Origin: Escherichia coli
Lineage (GTDB): Bacteria > Pseudomonadota > Gammaproteobacteria > Enterobacterales > Enterobacteriaceae
NCBI RefSeq assembly: GCF_030013595.1
Contig: NZ_CP122768.1
Length of the DNA: 64,000 nucleotides
Direction: 5' to 3' (one strand)
This document shows, in pieces, positions 11,124-22,246 of this stretch (position 1 is the first letter of the stretch; every line of letters begins with the position of its first letter). A program made the translations under genes and the position numbers. The notes under the pieces are model-generated. The model did no database searches. It was not told the origin of the DNA and saw nothing but the letters and a program-made list of their open reading frames with translations.

Positions 11124-12443
11124 TTAGTTGCGTTCGTACACCAGACGACCATCAACGTAGGTGCGGTAGATCGAACGGTCATCGCCCAACGTCATCATCA
11201 CGAACAATTTGTCGACTAAAGAAACAGAGTTGTCATAGCGCAGCTGCTGTAGCGGAGTGGCGGTGGGTTCCATCACCACGAAATCAGCCTCTTTGCCAGG
11301 TAAAAAGTTGCCAATCAAATCGTCAAGGCCCAGAGATTTCGCTCCGCCGAGCGTGGCCAGGTAAAATGCTTCATATGCCGAGAGGCGATAGCCTTGTAGT
11401 TGCAACACTTTGTAGGCTTCGTTTAGCGTTTGCAGCATGTTGAAAGTTGTTCCGGCACCGATATCCGTTCCCATGCCCACTTTGACTTTCTTCTGCCATG
11501 CTTTTTTCAAGTTGAATAAGCCGCTGCCCAGGTAAAGGTTGGAGGTCGGACAGAAAGCAATGCTGGATTTGGTTTCGCTGAGACGATCCCACTCTTTTTC
11601 TTCGAGATGGACGCAGTGAGCAAAGACACAGTTTTTACCTGTCAGGCCATACTGGTGATAAACATCCAGATAGCCATCATGTTCAGGATAAAGTTCTTTC
11701 ACCCAGGCAATTTCATCTTTGTTTTCACAGAGATGGGTATGTACCCACGTATCCGGATATTCTTCTTTCAGGCGTTGCGCCATCGCCATCTGTTCAGGAG
11801 ATGAGGTAGGGGCGAAGCGTGGCGTAATCGCATACAATAGACGACCATTTTTGTGCCAGCGCTCGATCAGTTCTTTGCTTTGGTGATAGCTGCTTTCGGC
11901 AGTGTCGAGCAGATAATCCGGTGCGTTGCGGTCCATCATCACCTTACCGGCAATCATACGCATATTGATATGGCTGGCGGCTTCAAACAGCGCATCAACG
12001 GATTGCGGATGAACAGTGCCAAACACCAGCGCCGTGGTGGTTCCGTTACGTAAAAGCTGCTTGATGAAGAACGCCGACATTTCGCGGGCGTACTCTAAAT
12101 CCTCATAACGACGTTCAGTAGGGAAGGTGTGTTTATTCAACCACTCCAGCAATTGCTCACCATAGGCTCCCACCATTTCACTTTGCGGATAATGGATATG
12201 TGTATCGACAAAGCCCGGTACTATCAGTTTGCCGCGATAGTCGCGCACGCGAATGGTGTCAGGAATTTGATGTTTTCCGTCTTCCCATTCGCCAAACCAT
12301 TCCACTTTTCCCTGTTTAATGAGTAATAAACCATCCTCAATAAACCGCAGCGCAGAGGCAATCTCTTCCGGGTTGTCGACCGTACGGGTGACATCAATAA
12401 AACTGCCTCGTACCGCTTTTAACGTGTGTTCTCCTGACATCAT
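11124..12443 (-). CDS. guaD: Guanine deaminase (amidohydrolase superfamily)
   Basis: Start placed at MMSGEHTLKAVRGSF (ATG 12443-12441) behind GGAGTCA; 439 aa; HxH metal-binding motif (VDTHIHYPQ). Confidence 0.9.
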   Translation of the reverse strand: MMSGEHTLKAVRGSFIDVTRTVDNPEEIASALRFIEDGLLLIKQGKVEWFGEWEDGKHQIPDTIRVRDYRGKLIVPGFVDTHIHYPQSEMVGAYGEQLLEWLNKHTFPTERRYEDLEYAREMSAFFIKQLLRNGTTTALVFGTVHPQSVDALFEAASHINMRMIAGKVMMDRNAPDYLLDTAESSYHQSKELIERWHKNGRLLYAITPRFAPTSSPEQMAMAQRLKEEYPDTWVHTHLCENKDEIAWVKELYPEHDGYLDVYHQYGLTGKNCVFAHCVHLEEKEWDRLSETKSSIAFCPTSNLYLGSGLFNLKKAWQKKVKVGMGTDIGAGTTFNMLQTLNEAYKVLQLQGYRLSAYEAFYLATLGGAKSLGLDDLIGNFLPGKEADFVVMEPTATPLQQLRYDNSVSLVDKLFVMMTLGDDRSIYRTYVDGRLVYERN

Positions 12444-12457
12444 TGACTCCTTTACTG

Positions 12458-13858
12458 TTAATCCATCTCTTCCGCTGAGGTAATACCAGGCAGAACGTTT
12501 TCCTGTCGGTAGCCACCAGGGAGGATAATATTTAATAAAATCGCAGTTAACCCGCCAGCACAAATAGGGTTTTCAACTAATACATAAATAGAGGCTGGCA
12601 ATATTTTAAAAATTTCGGGATCGTAGGAGACGCCAAGCCCTAAACCTAAAGAAGTGGCGACAATAAGTGTTTCACGGCGCTTTAATCCGTTGGTGATGAT
12701 GATGCGAATCCCTGCGATGGCAATCATGGAAAACATCAACGTCATTGCGCCTCCCAGAACTGCCGAGGGTATGGTTGTGAAGAAGCCGCCAATCATCGGA
12801 AACAAGCCGAGGATAACCAGCATTACCGCGATGGTTCGCCCGACATAACGTGAAGCGACGCCAGTCATCTGAATAACCCCATTATTTTGCGCAAACGTGG
12901 TTAAGGGTAATGAACCGACAGCGGAGGCGATAACAGAAACCAGACCATCTGCCAGCACGCCGCCTTTCAGTCGGGACTGATACTCTTCCCCCTGAATAGG
13001 GCGGCGGGAAACCATTGCCGTGGCGGTGATATCGCCGACAGCTTCCAGCACGCTAAGCAAATAAATCGTGCCAACCACCAGGAACTGATGGAAGCTGAAA
13101 CTAAACCCGTATTTGAACGGATGAGGGATGGTGATTAACGGCAAATTGCGCATACTGCTGAAATCCACCATACCCAGGCATAACGACACGATATAACCGA
13201 CGCAAAGGCCAATGGCGATCCCTCCCATGCGTAGCAACGGACTGCGACAGCAGTTAAAGCCGATCACCACAATCAAAACCAATAAACCAACGCCGAGATG
13301 TTCGTAATTGCCGAACGTACCGCTGCTTTTGGCCGCAAATCCTCCACCAAAATCAATAATGCCGACTTTAATCAGGCTTAAGCCGATCATCAGCACCACA
13401 ATGCCGCTGACGGTAGGCGTAATAACCCGACGTAAATAGGGCAGGATAAAAGAAGAGCCGACAACCAGAAATGCGCCAACGAAGGAGACGCCGAGGAGCG
13501 ACGACATGATTAACTCTTCGTGAAAACCGTCGCTTTTCATGCTGCTGCCCAGCGCAATCATGACCGTAACAAATGAAAAATTGACTGACTGAATTGAGAG
13601 AAGACCAGAACCGACGATGCCGTAGCGGTTTACTTGTAACCAGGTACCAATACCAGAGGCGATCATCGCCATAGAAACCAGATAAGCGGTTGTTTCAGCG
13701 GAAAGCTGTAAGGCCGCACCCACGATTAACGCGGGGGTTACCATCGGAACGAAAATTGCCAACAGATGGGTAATGGCACCAACGAGAGCCTGATGAAAGG
13801 GAGGGCGATCCTCCAGTTCAAATATAAGGTCAGAACCTGCATGGTTTATATCAGACAT
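12458..13858 (-). CDS. xanQ: Xanthine permease, NCS2 family
   Basis: Start placed at MSDINHAGSDLIFELEDRPPF (ATG 13858-13856) behind AGGAG; 466 aa. Confidence 0.9.
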   Translation of the reverse strand: MSDINHAGSDLIFELEDRPPFHQALVGAITHLLAIFVPMVTPALIVGAALQLSAETTAYLVSMAMIASGIGTWLQVNRYGIVGSGLLSIQSVNFSFVTVMIALGSSMKSDGFHEELIMSSLLGVSFVGAFLVVGSSFILPYLRRVITPTVSGIVVLMIGLSLIKVGIIDFGGGFAAKSSGTFGNYEHLGVGLLVLIVVIGFNCCRSPLLRMGGIAIGLCVGYIVSLCLGMVDFSSMRNLPLITIPHPFKYGFSFSFHQFLVVGTIYLLSVLEAVGDITATAMVSRRPIQGEEYQSRLKGGVLADGLVSVIASAVGSLPLTTFAQNNGVIQMTGVASRYVGRTIAVMLVILGLFPMIGGFFTTIPSAVLGGAMTLMFSMIAIAGIRIIITNGLKRRETLIVATSLGLGLGVSYDPEIFKILPASIYVLVENPICAGGLTAILLNIILPGGYRQENVLPGITSAEEMD

Positions 13859-14022
13859 CCCTTCACTCCTTTTAAAGTAAATTTGATCATCTGAATCAGT
13901 AAAATAAATTCCCACGAATTTGGGGCGCAGGACGCCTTGAGAACGGCTTATCTCATTTTCGCAGTCACTATTTAGTCGTCGTTCAAACAGAGAAACAGGC
14001 CGCCGAAGCGGCCATTTATTAT

Positions 14023-16893
14023 TTATATTTTTTCCAGCGCGGTGAGTATTTTCTCCGGTGTGAAATGCCATTCGCGTAACCAGATGCCGCATGCATCGTG
14101 AATTGCGGTAGCAATCGCCGGAGCTGCGCCATTTACACCGATTTCCGAGATTGATTTCGCCCCGAACGGGCCGACTTTATCGTCGCTCGGCACCAGCACA
14201 GCGCGGAAATCACGTGGAATGTCACCAATTTTCGGTGCGCCGTAACTGCGTAAATCACGCGTTAACGGGTGACCTTCGGCGTCATAAATGATTTCTTCGC
14301 TCATACTGTGGCCGATAGCACGTAGGGTAGCACCGTAGATTTGTCCCAACGCTAACTCTGGATTGACCGGTGTACCGCAGTCCAGCAAGGCGTAGAATTT
14401 ATCCAGGCGGATTTCACCCGTACGCGTGTTGACGGCAACTTCAGCGAAGTTTGCGCCATACGGGAAGGCGAAATCTGGCGTGATATAACTGCCAGTTCCC
14501 ACCAGTGAACCAAAGCCGGTGCCGGTTTCGCCTTTATGGGCAATATCCCCGAAGCTAACTTCGCCTTTCTTGCCGCGCACGACGCCCGGCGTTGCCAGTT
14601 GAACATCTGCCACTGGCTCACCCAACATTTGCGCACCGTGGAACAGAATTTTCTCCCGCAGATTTTCCGCTGCCATACGCGCCGCGTTACCAGAGAAGCA
14701 AGTACCGGACGAGGCATATGCGCCTTTATCAAACAACGCATGATCGGTATCACCGGAGATAACATGCACGTCCTGCGGTGGGCAGTGCAGCACTTCTGCT
14801 GCCAGTTTCGTCACCACAGTATCCAGACCAGTGCCAATATCCGCACCGCCAGAATGAACGATAAAGGTACCGTCTGATTCCAGTTTGATCATGCAGTTAG
14901 CCTGATCGATATCCGGGATCCCTGATTTCTGCATGATAATGGCGACGCCACGACCGATGTGCCAGTCACCGTTTTGTGGTTTTGGTGAAGACCATTGGAT
15001 CATCTCGCGACCCTGACGCAAGATCTCTTCCAGTGCGCAGCTGGCGGCGGAAGGAACGGAGGTCGGCGCTTTACCTTCACCGATTGCACCGAGAATTTTC
15101 AGCTCTTGCCCTTCGTGTACCCGGTTACGTTCGATAATTTCCAGTTGGTCGATCTGTAACTGTTCAGCCAGTTCCGCTAATGCCATGGTGATAGCGAAGT
15201 TACCTTTCGGTGCGCCATAACCCTGATAAGCACCATTTGGGCAAATGTTGCTGTAGTAGGTGGTGACCTGGAAATCGACGTTATCGCACGGATATAACGG
15301 CAGCGACAGCGCCGGTCCGTTACACGGTACGGTGAGTGAGTGGTTGCCGTAAGGGCCAGTGTTGGCGCGGAAATCCATCTTCACTGCCGTCAGGCGACCA
15401 TCTTTTTTCGCTCCCAGTTTGACGGTGACTTTCGCGACGTGACGAGAGGTGTTAGCAATAAACTCTTCTTCACGGGTGTAGCGGAACAGTACCGGACGCC
15501 CGGTCACGCAGGTTGCCCAAGCGCACACTTCTTCCAGCAGGATGTCCTGTTTAGACCCAAAACCGCCGCCAACTCGCTCTTTAATGACATGAACTTTATG
15601 TTGTTTCATGCCCACGAGGCGCGCGACCTGGCGGCGTAAGTGCCATGGTACCTGGGTGGAGGCGTGGATAACCAGACGATCGCCGTCCATACGGGTAAAG
15701 CAGATATGTGTTTCAGTCGGGCACTGCTGCGCCTGCGTTGAGTTATAGGTTCGCTCAATGATCACATCGGCATCGGCAAAGCCTTTGTCCATATCGCCAA
15801 TATGACCATGAATACTGGCGGCGATATTTTTACGGGGGCGAGAACCGATCGGGAAGTTGATGATCATATGCTCGCCGCGCTGGGCTGCATGGCTGTTATC
15901 GTCTTCCAGAGTATCTGGCGCACCAGCAACATACACCACCGGTTCATCGTGCACGACAGGTGCATCTTCCGCCATTGCTTCGTCAATCGACATTACCGGC
16001 TTAAGCACTTCATATTCAACGTCGATGAGCTTCAGTGCTTCGAGCGCAATTTCTTCACTTTCAGCGACGACCGCAGCAACGCGATCGCCGACGTGACGCA
16101 TTTTCTTGCCGAACATACGGCGGTCAAGCGGTGACGGTTCCGGTGCGCTCTGACCGCCCGGGGTATAGTAGATATCCGGGCAATTCAGGTGAGTAATAAC
16201 GTGAACAACGCCCGGTAAGGCTTCAGCTTTGCTGACATCCAGATGAGTAATCAGTGCGTGAGCGTGTGGGCTACGTAACATTTTAATGACGCAGGCGTCA
16301 GCCGTTACGCGGTCTTCAACATAGCAGGGTTTCGCCTGCACCATTTTCGCGGCATCAGTTTTAGGATAATGCTTACCAATGACTTCAAGGTCATCGCGGA
16401 AAGTTGGAGCGATATCAATGGTGGCCTGCGGATTATTTTTACGTGCAACCGCCAGTTCAATGACCTGATAGTATTGTTGCCAGCCTGCATCGCGGCTGAA
16501 CAAACCAGAAAGCGCGTCGTCGATCTCTTCGCGGGTCGGTGCGGCAATGCGATCGAGAAGATCGGTGATAATCAGAGCCGCAGCTGGATCGTTATAACCA
16601 GACTGCACCACGCCAACATCAACCATTGCCTGTTGAACCAGACTTAACTCGTTCCATTTGCCCAGAGACTCTGCGGTACGAATATCTGCCTTCTCTAACT
16701 GTGCGGCGATAAGCAAGGACGCGTTAACGATATTACCGTTAAAGATAATTGCGTCTGAACCGGCAAACCCGAATCCATCATCGCTGTTGCGTACAGAGTG
16801 CATTCCCATGTTAAACAACAGCTTTTGCACGTTTTCGCCTGGATTAACGGTTAGCTCCTGAGGCGCGCCATTTAAAGTAAAGTGGATGATCAT
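14023..16893 (-). CDS. xdhD: Molybdopterin-dependent hydroxylase, fused 2Fe-2S and Moco domains (xanthine-dehydrogenase family)
   Basis: 956-aa ORF, MIIHFTLNGAPQELTVNPGENVQKLL...; family assigned from domain organisation. Confidence 0.92.
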   Translation of the reverse strand: MIIHFTLNGAPQELTVNPGENVQKLLFNMGMHSVRNSDDGFGFAGSDAIIFNGNIVNASLLIAAQLEKADIRTAESLGKWNELSLVQQAMVDVGVVQSGYNDPAAALIITDLLDRIAAPTREEIDDALSGLFSRDAGWQQYYQVIELAVARKNNPQATIDIAPTFRDDLEVIGKHYPKTDAAKMVQAKPCYVEDRVTADACVIKMLRSPHAHALITHLDVSKAEALPGVVHVITHLNCPDIYYTPGGQSAPEPSPLDRRMFGKKMRHVGDRVAAVVAESEEIALEALKLIDVEYEVLKPVMSIDEAMAEDAPVVHDEPVVYVAGAPDTLEDDNSHAAQRGEHMIINFPIGSRPRKNIAASIHGHIGDMDKGFADADVIIERTYNSTQAQQCPTETHICFTRMDGDRLVIHASTQVPWHLRRQVARLVGMKQHKVHVIKERVGGGFGSKQDILLEEVCAWATCVTGRPVLFRYTREEEFIANTSRHVAKVTVKLGAKKDGRLTAVKMDFRANTGPYGNHSLTVPCNGPALSLPLYPCDNVDFQVTTYYSNICPNGAYQGYGAPKGNFAITMALAELAEQLQIDQLEIIERNRVHEGQELKILGAIGEGKAPTSVPSAASCALEEILRQGREMIQWSSPKPQNGDWHIGRGVAIIMQKSGIPDIDQANCMIKLESDGTFIVHSGGADIGTGLDTVVTKLAAEVLHCPPQDVHVISGDTDHALFDKGAYASSGTCFSGNAARMAAENLREKILFHGAQMLGEPVADVQLATPGVVRGKKGEVSFGDIAHKGETGTGFGSLVGTGSYITPDFAFPYGANFAEVAVNTRTGEIRLDKFYALLDCGTPVNPELALGQIYGATLRAIGHSMSEEIIYDAEGHPLTRDLRSYGAPKIGDIPRDFRAVLVPSDDKVGPFGAKSISEIGVNGAAPAIATAIHDACGIWLREWHFTPEKILTALEKI

Positions 16894-17669
16894 ACGGCTT
16901 CCTCCCCAGCCTGTTGGCAGTCGGCATACAGGTCGGCTACCAGAACTCCCGTGATATAGCGTTTATAGGCCACGCTGCCCCGCAAATCTTCCTGCGGGAA
17001 AATGGCGTTGGCGACAGCCTGTTCAAGTGCATTGCCTTCCAGATTTTGTTTTTCAACATCGTGCAGACGCAGGGCTTTACTGGCGACGCCATCCAGCGCA
17101 ATTCGCATACCGTCGTGGTCTGTCATTGCAACGGCTGCCGTCACGACGGTTAAACCTGCCTGAGAACGGCTAATTTTGCGGGTCGCACAGGTGCGATACG
17201 GATCTTTAATGATAATTTCGGTTAGCAGGCGATCGCATGGGCAGGCCAGGTACTCTTCGATTGACAGCGTTTCGCCGTTGCCAAAAACCAGTTCAGCATC
17301 CAGTGCCAGCAGGACGGGAAGCAGCACAGACTCTTCCTGCCGGGCGGCGATTTCACCACCAATGGTCGACTGATTACGAACATGGCGTGAGTAAACAAAA
17401 CCGAGGGCTTCACGCAGTGCTGCAGGAATAAATCGCGCATCACGCAGTGGCTGCAAGCGAGACATTGCGCCAATCCGCAGTGCACCGTTATCCCAGTCAA
17501 CCCAGTCCAGCTCCAGATCCTGTAAGGAAATGGCAATCTTTTTATCGGTACGGGTTGGTGTAGCGTTGAGTTTGCTGCCCCCGGCGAACCAGACGGCTTC
17601 ATCCTGGTAACGGCGCTTCAGTTCCAGCGCCTGTTCGACAGAGTCGGGCCTGAAAAATTGTTCAATCAT
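16890..17669 (-). CDS. ygfM: FAD-binding subunit of a molybdo-hydroxylase (CO dehydrogenase flavoprotein-like)
   Basis: 259-aa ORF; stop overlaps the xdhD start (ATGA). Confidence 0.88.
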   Translation of the reverse strand: MIEQFFRPDSVEQALELKRRYQDEAVWFAGGSKLNATPTRTDKKIAISLQDLELDWVDWDNGALRIGAMSRLQPLRDARFIPAALREALGFVYSRHVRNQSTIGGEIAARQEESVLLPVLLALDAELVFGNGETLSIEEYLACPCDRLLTEIIIKDPYRTCATRKISRSQAGLTVVTAAVAMTDHDGMRIALDGVASKALRLHDVEKQNLEGNALEQAVANAIFPQEDLRGSVAYKRYITGVLVADLYADCQQAGEEAV

Positions 17670-17719
17670 CTTCTTTCCTTATTTAACCCTCTTCCCAGCG
17701 GGAAGAGGGTATTTGTCAT

Positions 17720-19048
17720 TTATGCCAACGCATCCATCCGACGCCACATACTGGCAGCGGCTTTTCTGGCTTGCGCATAAATGGAATCGCAATCGAAGTT
17801 AAACTGACGGTCTTCATAGACCATCACGCCATTGACCATCACGCTATGAACGCTGCCTGAGCCCATACCGAAAGCGATATGCCCGGCGATATTGTCTGCC
17901 AGCAGCGGTGTCGGCGAGTTGTAATCGCAAATGGTTAAATCGGCTTTGTAACCGGCTTCCAGAAGGCCAAATTTCGCGCCAAAGTTGCGGCTCATCAGTT
18001 CGTTGCCGTTAGCCAGTGCTTTGGCAAAACTGTTAGGCCACAGCGGACCACCCGCATCGCGATGTTTAAAGAAGGCAAATTTCATCTCTTCAAACATGTC
18101 CGAACCAATGCCGTCAGTTCCCAACGCCAGATTGCGGATGTCGCTAAGGTGATGGTTGTAGCCGACATGGTTGTTCATGTTTGAACGGGCGTTATGCACC
18201 AGGAACGCATCGCGCTGATTGAGTAGGGCGATGTCATCTTTCGACAAGTACAGCCCATGAGCGACCAGCGTTTTGCTGTCGATGAGATCGAATTGCGCCA
18301 GTCGTGCCAGCAGGTCTTTGCCGTACCAGTGGTGACTGTAGGAAACGTCATAAAGGTCTTCCGCAGCGTGAATGTGCAAACCACGACCTGTGGCTTTCAC
18401 GGCTTCACGCAGCATCTCCAGACCGGCATCCGGCACGGTAAACGGCGCGTGAGCGCCGATATGAGCTTCCACCAGATACGGCTCGGTTGCTGCTTTCTTC
18501 GCCTCATCAATCTGACGGGCGAAGCGGATGTTTTCTTCTACACCTTCCTGCAACTCTTTGATGCTGTTGTTACGGTCAGTAGTTTCAAAACAGGTCATCG
18601 CGCGCAGGCCAACTTTTAAAAATGCGTTGCGCAATGTGGAGAGCGACCCGCCGATATACGCCGGAGAGGCATGGTGATCGATAACCGATGTACATCCGCT
18701 CTTAATCGCTTCCAGGGAACAAATCAGTCCGCTGTAATAGAGCGACTCTTCATCAAGGGCGCGATCGAGTCGCCACCAGAGATTTTTCAGCGTTGAGATG
18801 AAATCCGGGCAGGGGGCGATGTTTGCCATAATTCCGCGGGACAGCCCCGAGTAAAAATGGTTGTGCGAGCAGACAATTCCCGGCATCACAATCCGACCAT
18901 GCATCTCTTTGTAGCTGGCATCGGGGTAGCGTTGCGTCAGGGCATCGCCGATAGCAACAATCACATCATTTTCGATGGCGATATCAACGCCTTCCTGCAC
19001 TTTCGCCGGGTGTAACTGCACTGCGGTGACATTCTTCAGAATCAACAT
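17720..19048 (-). CDS. ssnA: Putative aminohydrolase SsnA (chlorohydrolase / amidohydrolase family)
   Basis: 442-aa ORF with the HNHF metal-binding motif near the N-terminus. Confidence 0.9.
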   Translation of the reverse strand: MLILKNVTAVQLHPAKVQEGVDIAIENDVIVAIGDALTQRYPDASYKEMHGRIVMPGIVCSHNHFYSGLSRGIMANIAPCPDFISTLKNLWWRLDRALDEESLYYSGLICSLEAIKSGCTSVIDHHASPAYIGGSLSTLRNAFLKVGLRAMTCFETTDRNNSIKELQEGVEENIRFARQIDEAKKAATEPYLVEAHIGAHAPFTVPDAGLEMLREAVKATGRGLHIHAAEDLYDVSYSHHWYGKDLLARLAQFDLIDSKTLVAHGLYLSKDDIALLNQRDAFLVHNARSNMNNHVGYNHHLSDIRNLALGTDGIGSDMFEEMKFAFFKHRDAGGPLWPNSFAKALANGNELMSRNFGAKFGLLEAGYKADLTICDYNSPTPLLADNIAGHIAFGMGSGSVHSVMVNGVMVYEDRQFNFDCDSIYAQARKAAASMWRRMDALA

Positions 19049-19050
19049 GA

Positions 19051-22000
19051 TTACACCTCCACGCGGCCCAGCAGATAATGATGATGCTGGTGGACATGGC
19101 TAATAATGCGGCACATATCGTTCAGCTCCGGTGGTACGTTGTTGAACTGACCTTCGCTGTCGATGCTTAACACCCAGCTTTGGTTATTCAGACGTACTCG
19201 TACCCGGCAATCTTCCACAAGGAAGCCAGGATTGCTGCTGTTATCAAAGTCTTGCGACAGGCTGAAGACGGTGATTTTGTCTTTGTACGGTTTACCGTTC
19301 CACGGGCAGAACTGAGCGCAGTTGCCGCATTCGTTACAGTAAGCGTCGAGGTGCAGCGTCTGGAAACGGTTCTGGAAGCCAGGGACCGCAATGGATACGT
19401 TGGCACGGTTCGGGCAGACATCCACACACTTGCTGCAAACGTAGTTACATTCAAGGCAGCGTGCGGCTTCCTGGGCGACAAACGCGTCACGATCGTCGCT
19501 ATCCACCAGGGTGATAGAGATATCGCCTTTGCGTTGATAGATTTCCGCCGGATTGACGTTGTTCCAGTATTTATCGTTCTGGTGGGAACGGATATTTTCC
19601 CGACTAAGGATGGCATCGGTCGCCCGACGCGCGGTTCCGACAGCAGCGACAATGGAGGATGGTCCGCGCTGTACGTCGCCGATCATAAAGACGTCAGTCA
19701 GACGAGTTTCGCCATTATGGTCGACGTCTGGCCAGCCGTTTTTGTCCAGCGGCACGCCCATCGCATTCAGGGCTTCAGTATCCTGCTGTTCACCAATGGC
19801 GGTGATCAGGCTGTCTACATGCAGTGTTACTGTTTCGTTGGTTTCAACCGGACGGCGACGACCTTTCTCATCAGGTTCGCCAAGCGACATAACGCGCAAG
19901 GTTAAGGTGCCATCAGCATCGAAACGTTCCGGATTATTCAGGAAACGGAACTCCACGCCGTCGTGCAACGCTTCTTCATACTCTTCGCGCCATGCTGGCA
20001 TCTCTTGCAGTGAACGACGGTAAACGACCGTTGCTTTTTCTACGCCTGGAACGCGTAACGCCGCACGAGCGCAGTCCATTGCCGTGTTACCCGCCCCGAC
20101 AACGACCACATGTTTGCCCAGCTTGAGCGCTGTGCCCTTGTTGTATTCACGCAGGAAGGGGAGTGATTTCCAGACATTTTGGTTGTCGCCCGCCAGTTTC
20201 ACACCGCTATTTTTATCAGTGCCGGTGGCAATCAGAACATAGTGGAAGCCCTGATTTTTTAACTGTTCAACGGTCAAATCGGGTGAGCAGCCATACTCAA
20301 ATTTCACGCCGTGAGCGGCAACAAAATCAATATCGTGCTGAATTAACTCTGCAGGAATACGGAACTGAGGAATGATATTTTTCACCACGCCGCCCGCATT
20401 GGCTTCGCGTTCAAACAGCGTAACCGGATGGCCCGCTCTGGCAAGGAAGTAACCTGCTGCCAGACCCGCCGGACCTGCACCAATCACGGCAACCGGATGG
20501 CGTGAACCAGAACCGGCGGGTTTGTGCCACCGTTGCTTATATTCATCCCAACCTTTTTCCAGCGCGACTTTTTTCAGTTCGCGGATATTCAGCGCACTGT
20601 CGTAATCCAGGCGGGTACAGTTGTATTGGCACTGGTGATCGCAAATATGACCGGTAATGGCGGGCAGGGCGTTGCGTTGGTAGATGAGTTCCAGCGCGTC
20701 AGCATAGCGGTGTTCGCCAAGCAAACGGATGTATTCCGGAATATCTTGCTTGATAGCGCAGGCAGTAACACAGGGGGCAACGTAGCAGTCGGTCAGCGGC
20801 AGGTCTTCTGCCACTTCAATACGCTCTTCTGGCTTCCAGTGTTTCTGGGTGTATTCCATGGTTAACGCGTCTGCTGCCAGTTTGTTCAGTCGTTCGACGT
20901 CAACATGGTCAAGCCCCCAGGCGTCGGAGCCTTCCAGCTCGCGCATGCAGGCACTTAAGCGCAGATAGCCGCCAGGTTTCAGCAGGTCGGTTGCCATAGT
21001 AATAGGGCGAATACCAGTATCAAAAATATCGCGGATAGTCAGCTGACTGGCACCACCGGAATAAGAAATGGGCAGTTTGCCGTCAAAGGCGCGAGAGAGA
21101 ACTGCTGCAACATTGATGGAGAGCGGGAACAGCGCACGGCCTGACATATACATCTCTTCACCAGGCAGTGCGCCTTTATTGTTGATGGTGCCGAGAGTGT
21201 TAGTCAATTTTACGCCAAAGCCGAGTGATTTTTCTTTTGCCAGTACCATCAGGCGTTCCAGCATTTCCAGCGCTTGCGTCAGCTTGAGGTCGTGATCAAA
21301 TGACTCTTCTTTTAAGCCTATGTAACCGAAACCGCAGACATCGAGGATCTCACGAACACGCGCGTACCCCAGTAAGGTCGGGTTGAGTTTCACAAAGGTA
21401 TTGAGCCCTTTTTCTTCCAGCATGTAGCGGCAAATGGCTTCGATTTCATGCGGAGGACAGCCGTGCATGGTGGAGAGGGTGACGCCCTGCACCATACTGG
21501 TGGGGATGCGAGCGGGTAAAGCTTGCAAGCTTTCGCGTTTTTCCTGCAATCCGTGGCGGGCTAAAAATGCGTCATCCTGGAGTAATTTATTCAGCGTATC
21601 GCGATATTGAGCGAATTTCGGATGGTCAGATGCATCCATCATATTGTCGATGAACTGTTGCATCGGAGGTTGCTTAATACCTTCGAGGTTATAACCGACG
21701 CTCATATTAAAGATGAACGATTTACCGGAATCAGAAGGTTGGAACATCGCTTCGAGAAGATGCAGGGCAAACCAGGCTTTGAGGTATTCATCCCAGGCTT
21801 TAAGCAGGGTAAATTCGGTAGACCATTCGGTGTTAAAGCACTCGTCTTCGGCATCGATACAGGGCTTTTCCAGTTCCAGGCGGTCAAGAATTTGGACGGT
21901 TTTTAGTTCGATGAAGCGCCCGCCAGTCAGCCAGGAAGTGACAATATTTTGCGCGAGCTGCGTGTGCGGGCCAGCGGCAGGGCCGACGGGAGTGGCACAG

Positions 22001-22149
22001 GTTTCACCGAAGACGCTAACAGTTTTACCTTTTACGGGTGAGTAAAACTGTTGCTCGGGAATACCAAAGATTGAGCGTTGTTGTTGGTATTCATCAAATA
22101 TGCGCGTCAAAAGTTCCTCAAACGGAATGGGACGCATAATATCCCCCAT
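19051..22149 (-). CDS. ygfK: Putative Fe-S / FAD-NAD(P) oxidoreductase YgfK (GltD-like)
   Basis: 1032-aa ORF, MGDIMRPIPFEELLTRIFDEYQQQRSIFG...; GAGPAGLAAG nucleotide motif and C-terminal Cys clusters. Confidence 0.92.
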   Translation of the reverse strand: MGDIMRPIPFEELLTRIFDEYQQQRSIFGIPEQQFYSPVKGKTVSVFGETCATPVGPAAGPHTQLAQNIVTSWLTGGRFIELKTVQILDRLELEKPCIDAEDECFNTEWSTEFTLLKAWDEYLKAWFALHLLEAMFQPSDSGKSFIFNMSVGYNLEGIKQPPMQQFIDNMMDASDHPKFAQYRDTLNKLLQDDAFLARHGLQEKRESLQALPARIPTSMVQGVTLSTMHGCPPHEIEAICRYMLEEKGLNTFVKLNPTLLGYARVREILDVCGFGYIGLKEESFDHDLKLTQALEMLERLMVLAKEKSLGFGVKLTNTLGTINNKGALPGEEMYMSGRALFPLSINVAAVLSRAFDGKLPISYSGGASQLTIRDIFDTGIRPITMATDLLKPGGYLRLSACMRELEGSDAWGLDHVDVERLNKLAADALTMEYTQKHWKPEERIEVAEDLPLTDCYVAPCVTACAIKQDIPEYIRLLGEHRYADALELIYQRNALPAITGHICDHQCQYNCTRLDYDSALNIRELKKVALEKGWDEYKQRWHKPAGSGSRHPVAVIGAGPAGLAAGYFLARAGHPVTLFEREANAGGVVKNIIPQFRIPAELIQHDIDFVAAHGVKFEYGCSPDLTVEQLKNQGFHYVLIATGTDKNSGVKLAGDNQNVWKSLPFLREYNKGTALKLGKHVVVVGAGNTAMDCARAALRVPGVEKATVVYRRSLQEMPAWREEYEEALHDGVEFRFLNNPERFDADGTLTLRVMSLGEPDEKGRRRPVETNETVTLHVDSLITAIGEQQDTEALNAMGVPLDKNGWPDVDHNGETRLTDVFMIGDVQRGPSSIVAAVGTARRATDAILSRENIRSHQNDKYWNNVNPAEIYQRKGDISITLVDSDDRDAFVAQEAARCLECNYVCSKCVDVCPNRANVSIAVPGFQNRFQTLHLDAYCNECGNCAQFCPWNGKPYKDKITVFSLSQDFDNSSNPGFLVEDCRVRVRLNNQSWVLSIDSEGQFNNVPPELNDMCRIISHVHQHHHYLLGRVEV

Positions 22150-22221
22150 AACCCTCTCCTTAGCTTATACAGATATCATTGAGTGACCGGTGTTGAGAAA
22201 TCCGGTGGTTTAGGGGGATAG

Positions 22222-22246
22222 AGCAACAATCGCACCACTCTTGCCA
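22222..22246 (-). promoter_or_regulatory. Candidate sigma-54 promoter (-24/-12) for ygfK
   Basis: Minus strand reads CTGGCAAGAGTGGTGCGATTGTTGCTC: two overlapping GG-N10-GC matches (TGGCAA-N5-GTGCG and TGGTGC-N5-TTGCT) about 75 bp upstream of the ygfK ATG. Confidence 0.3.
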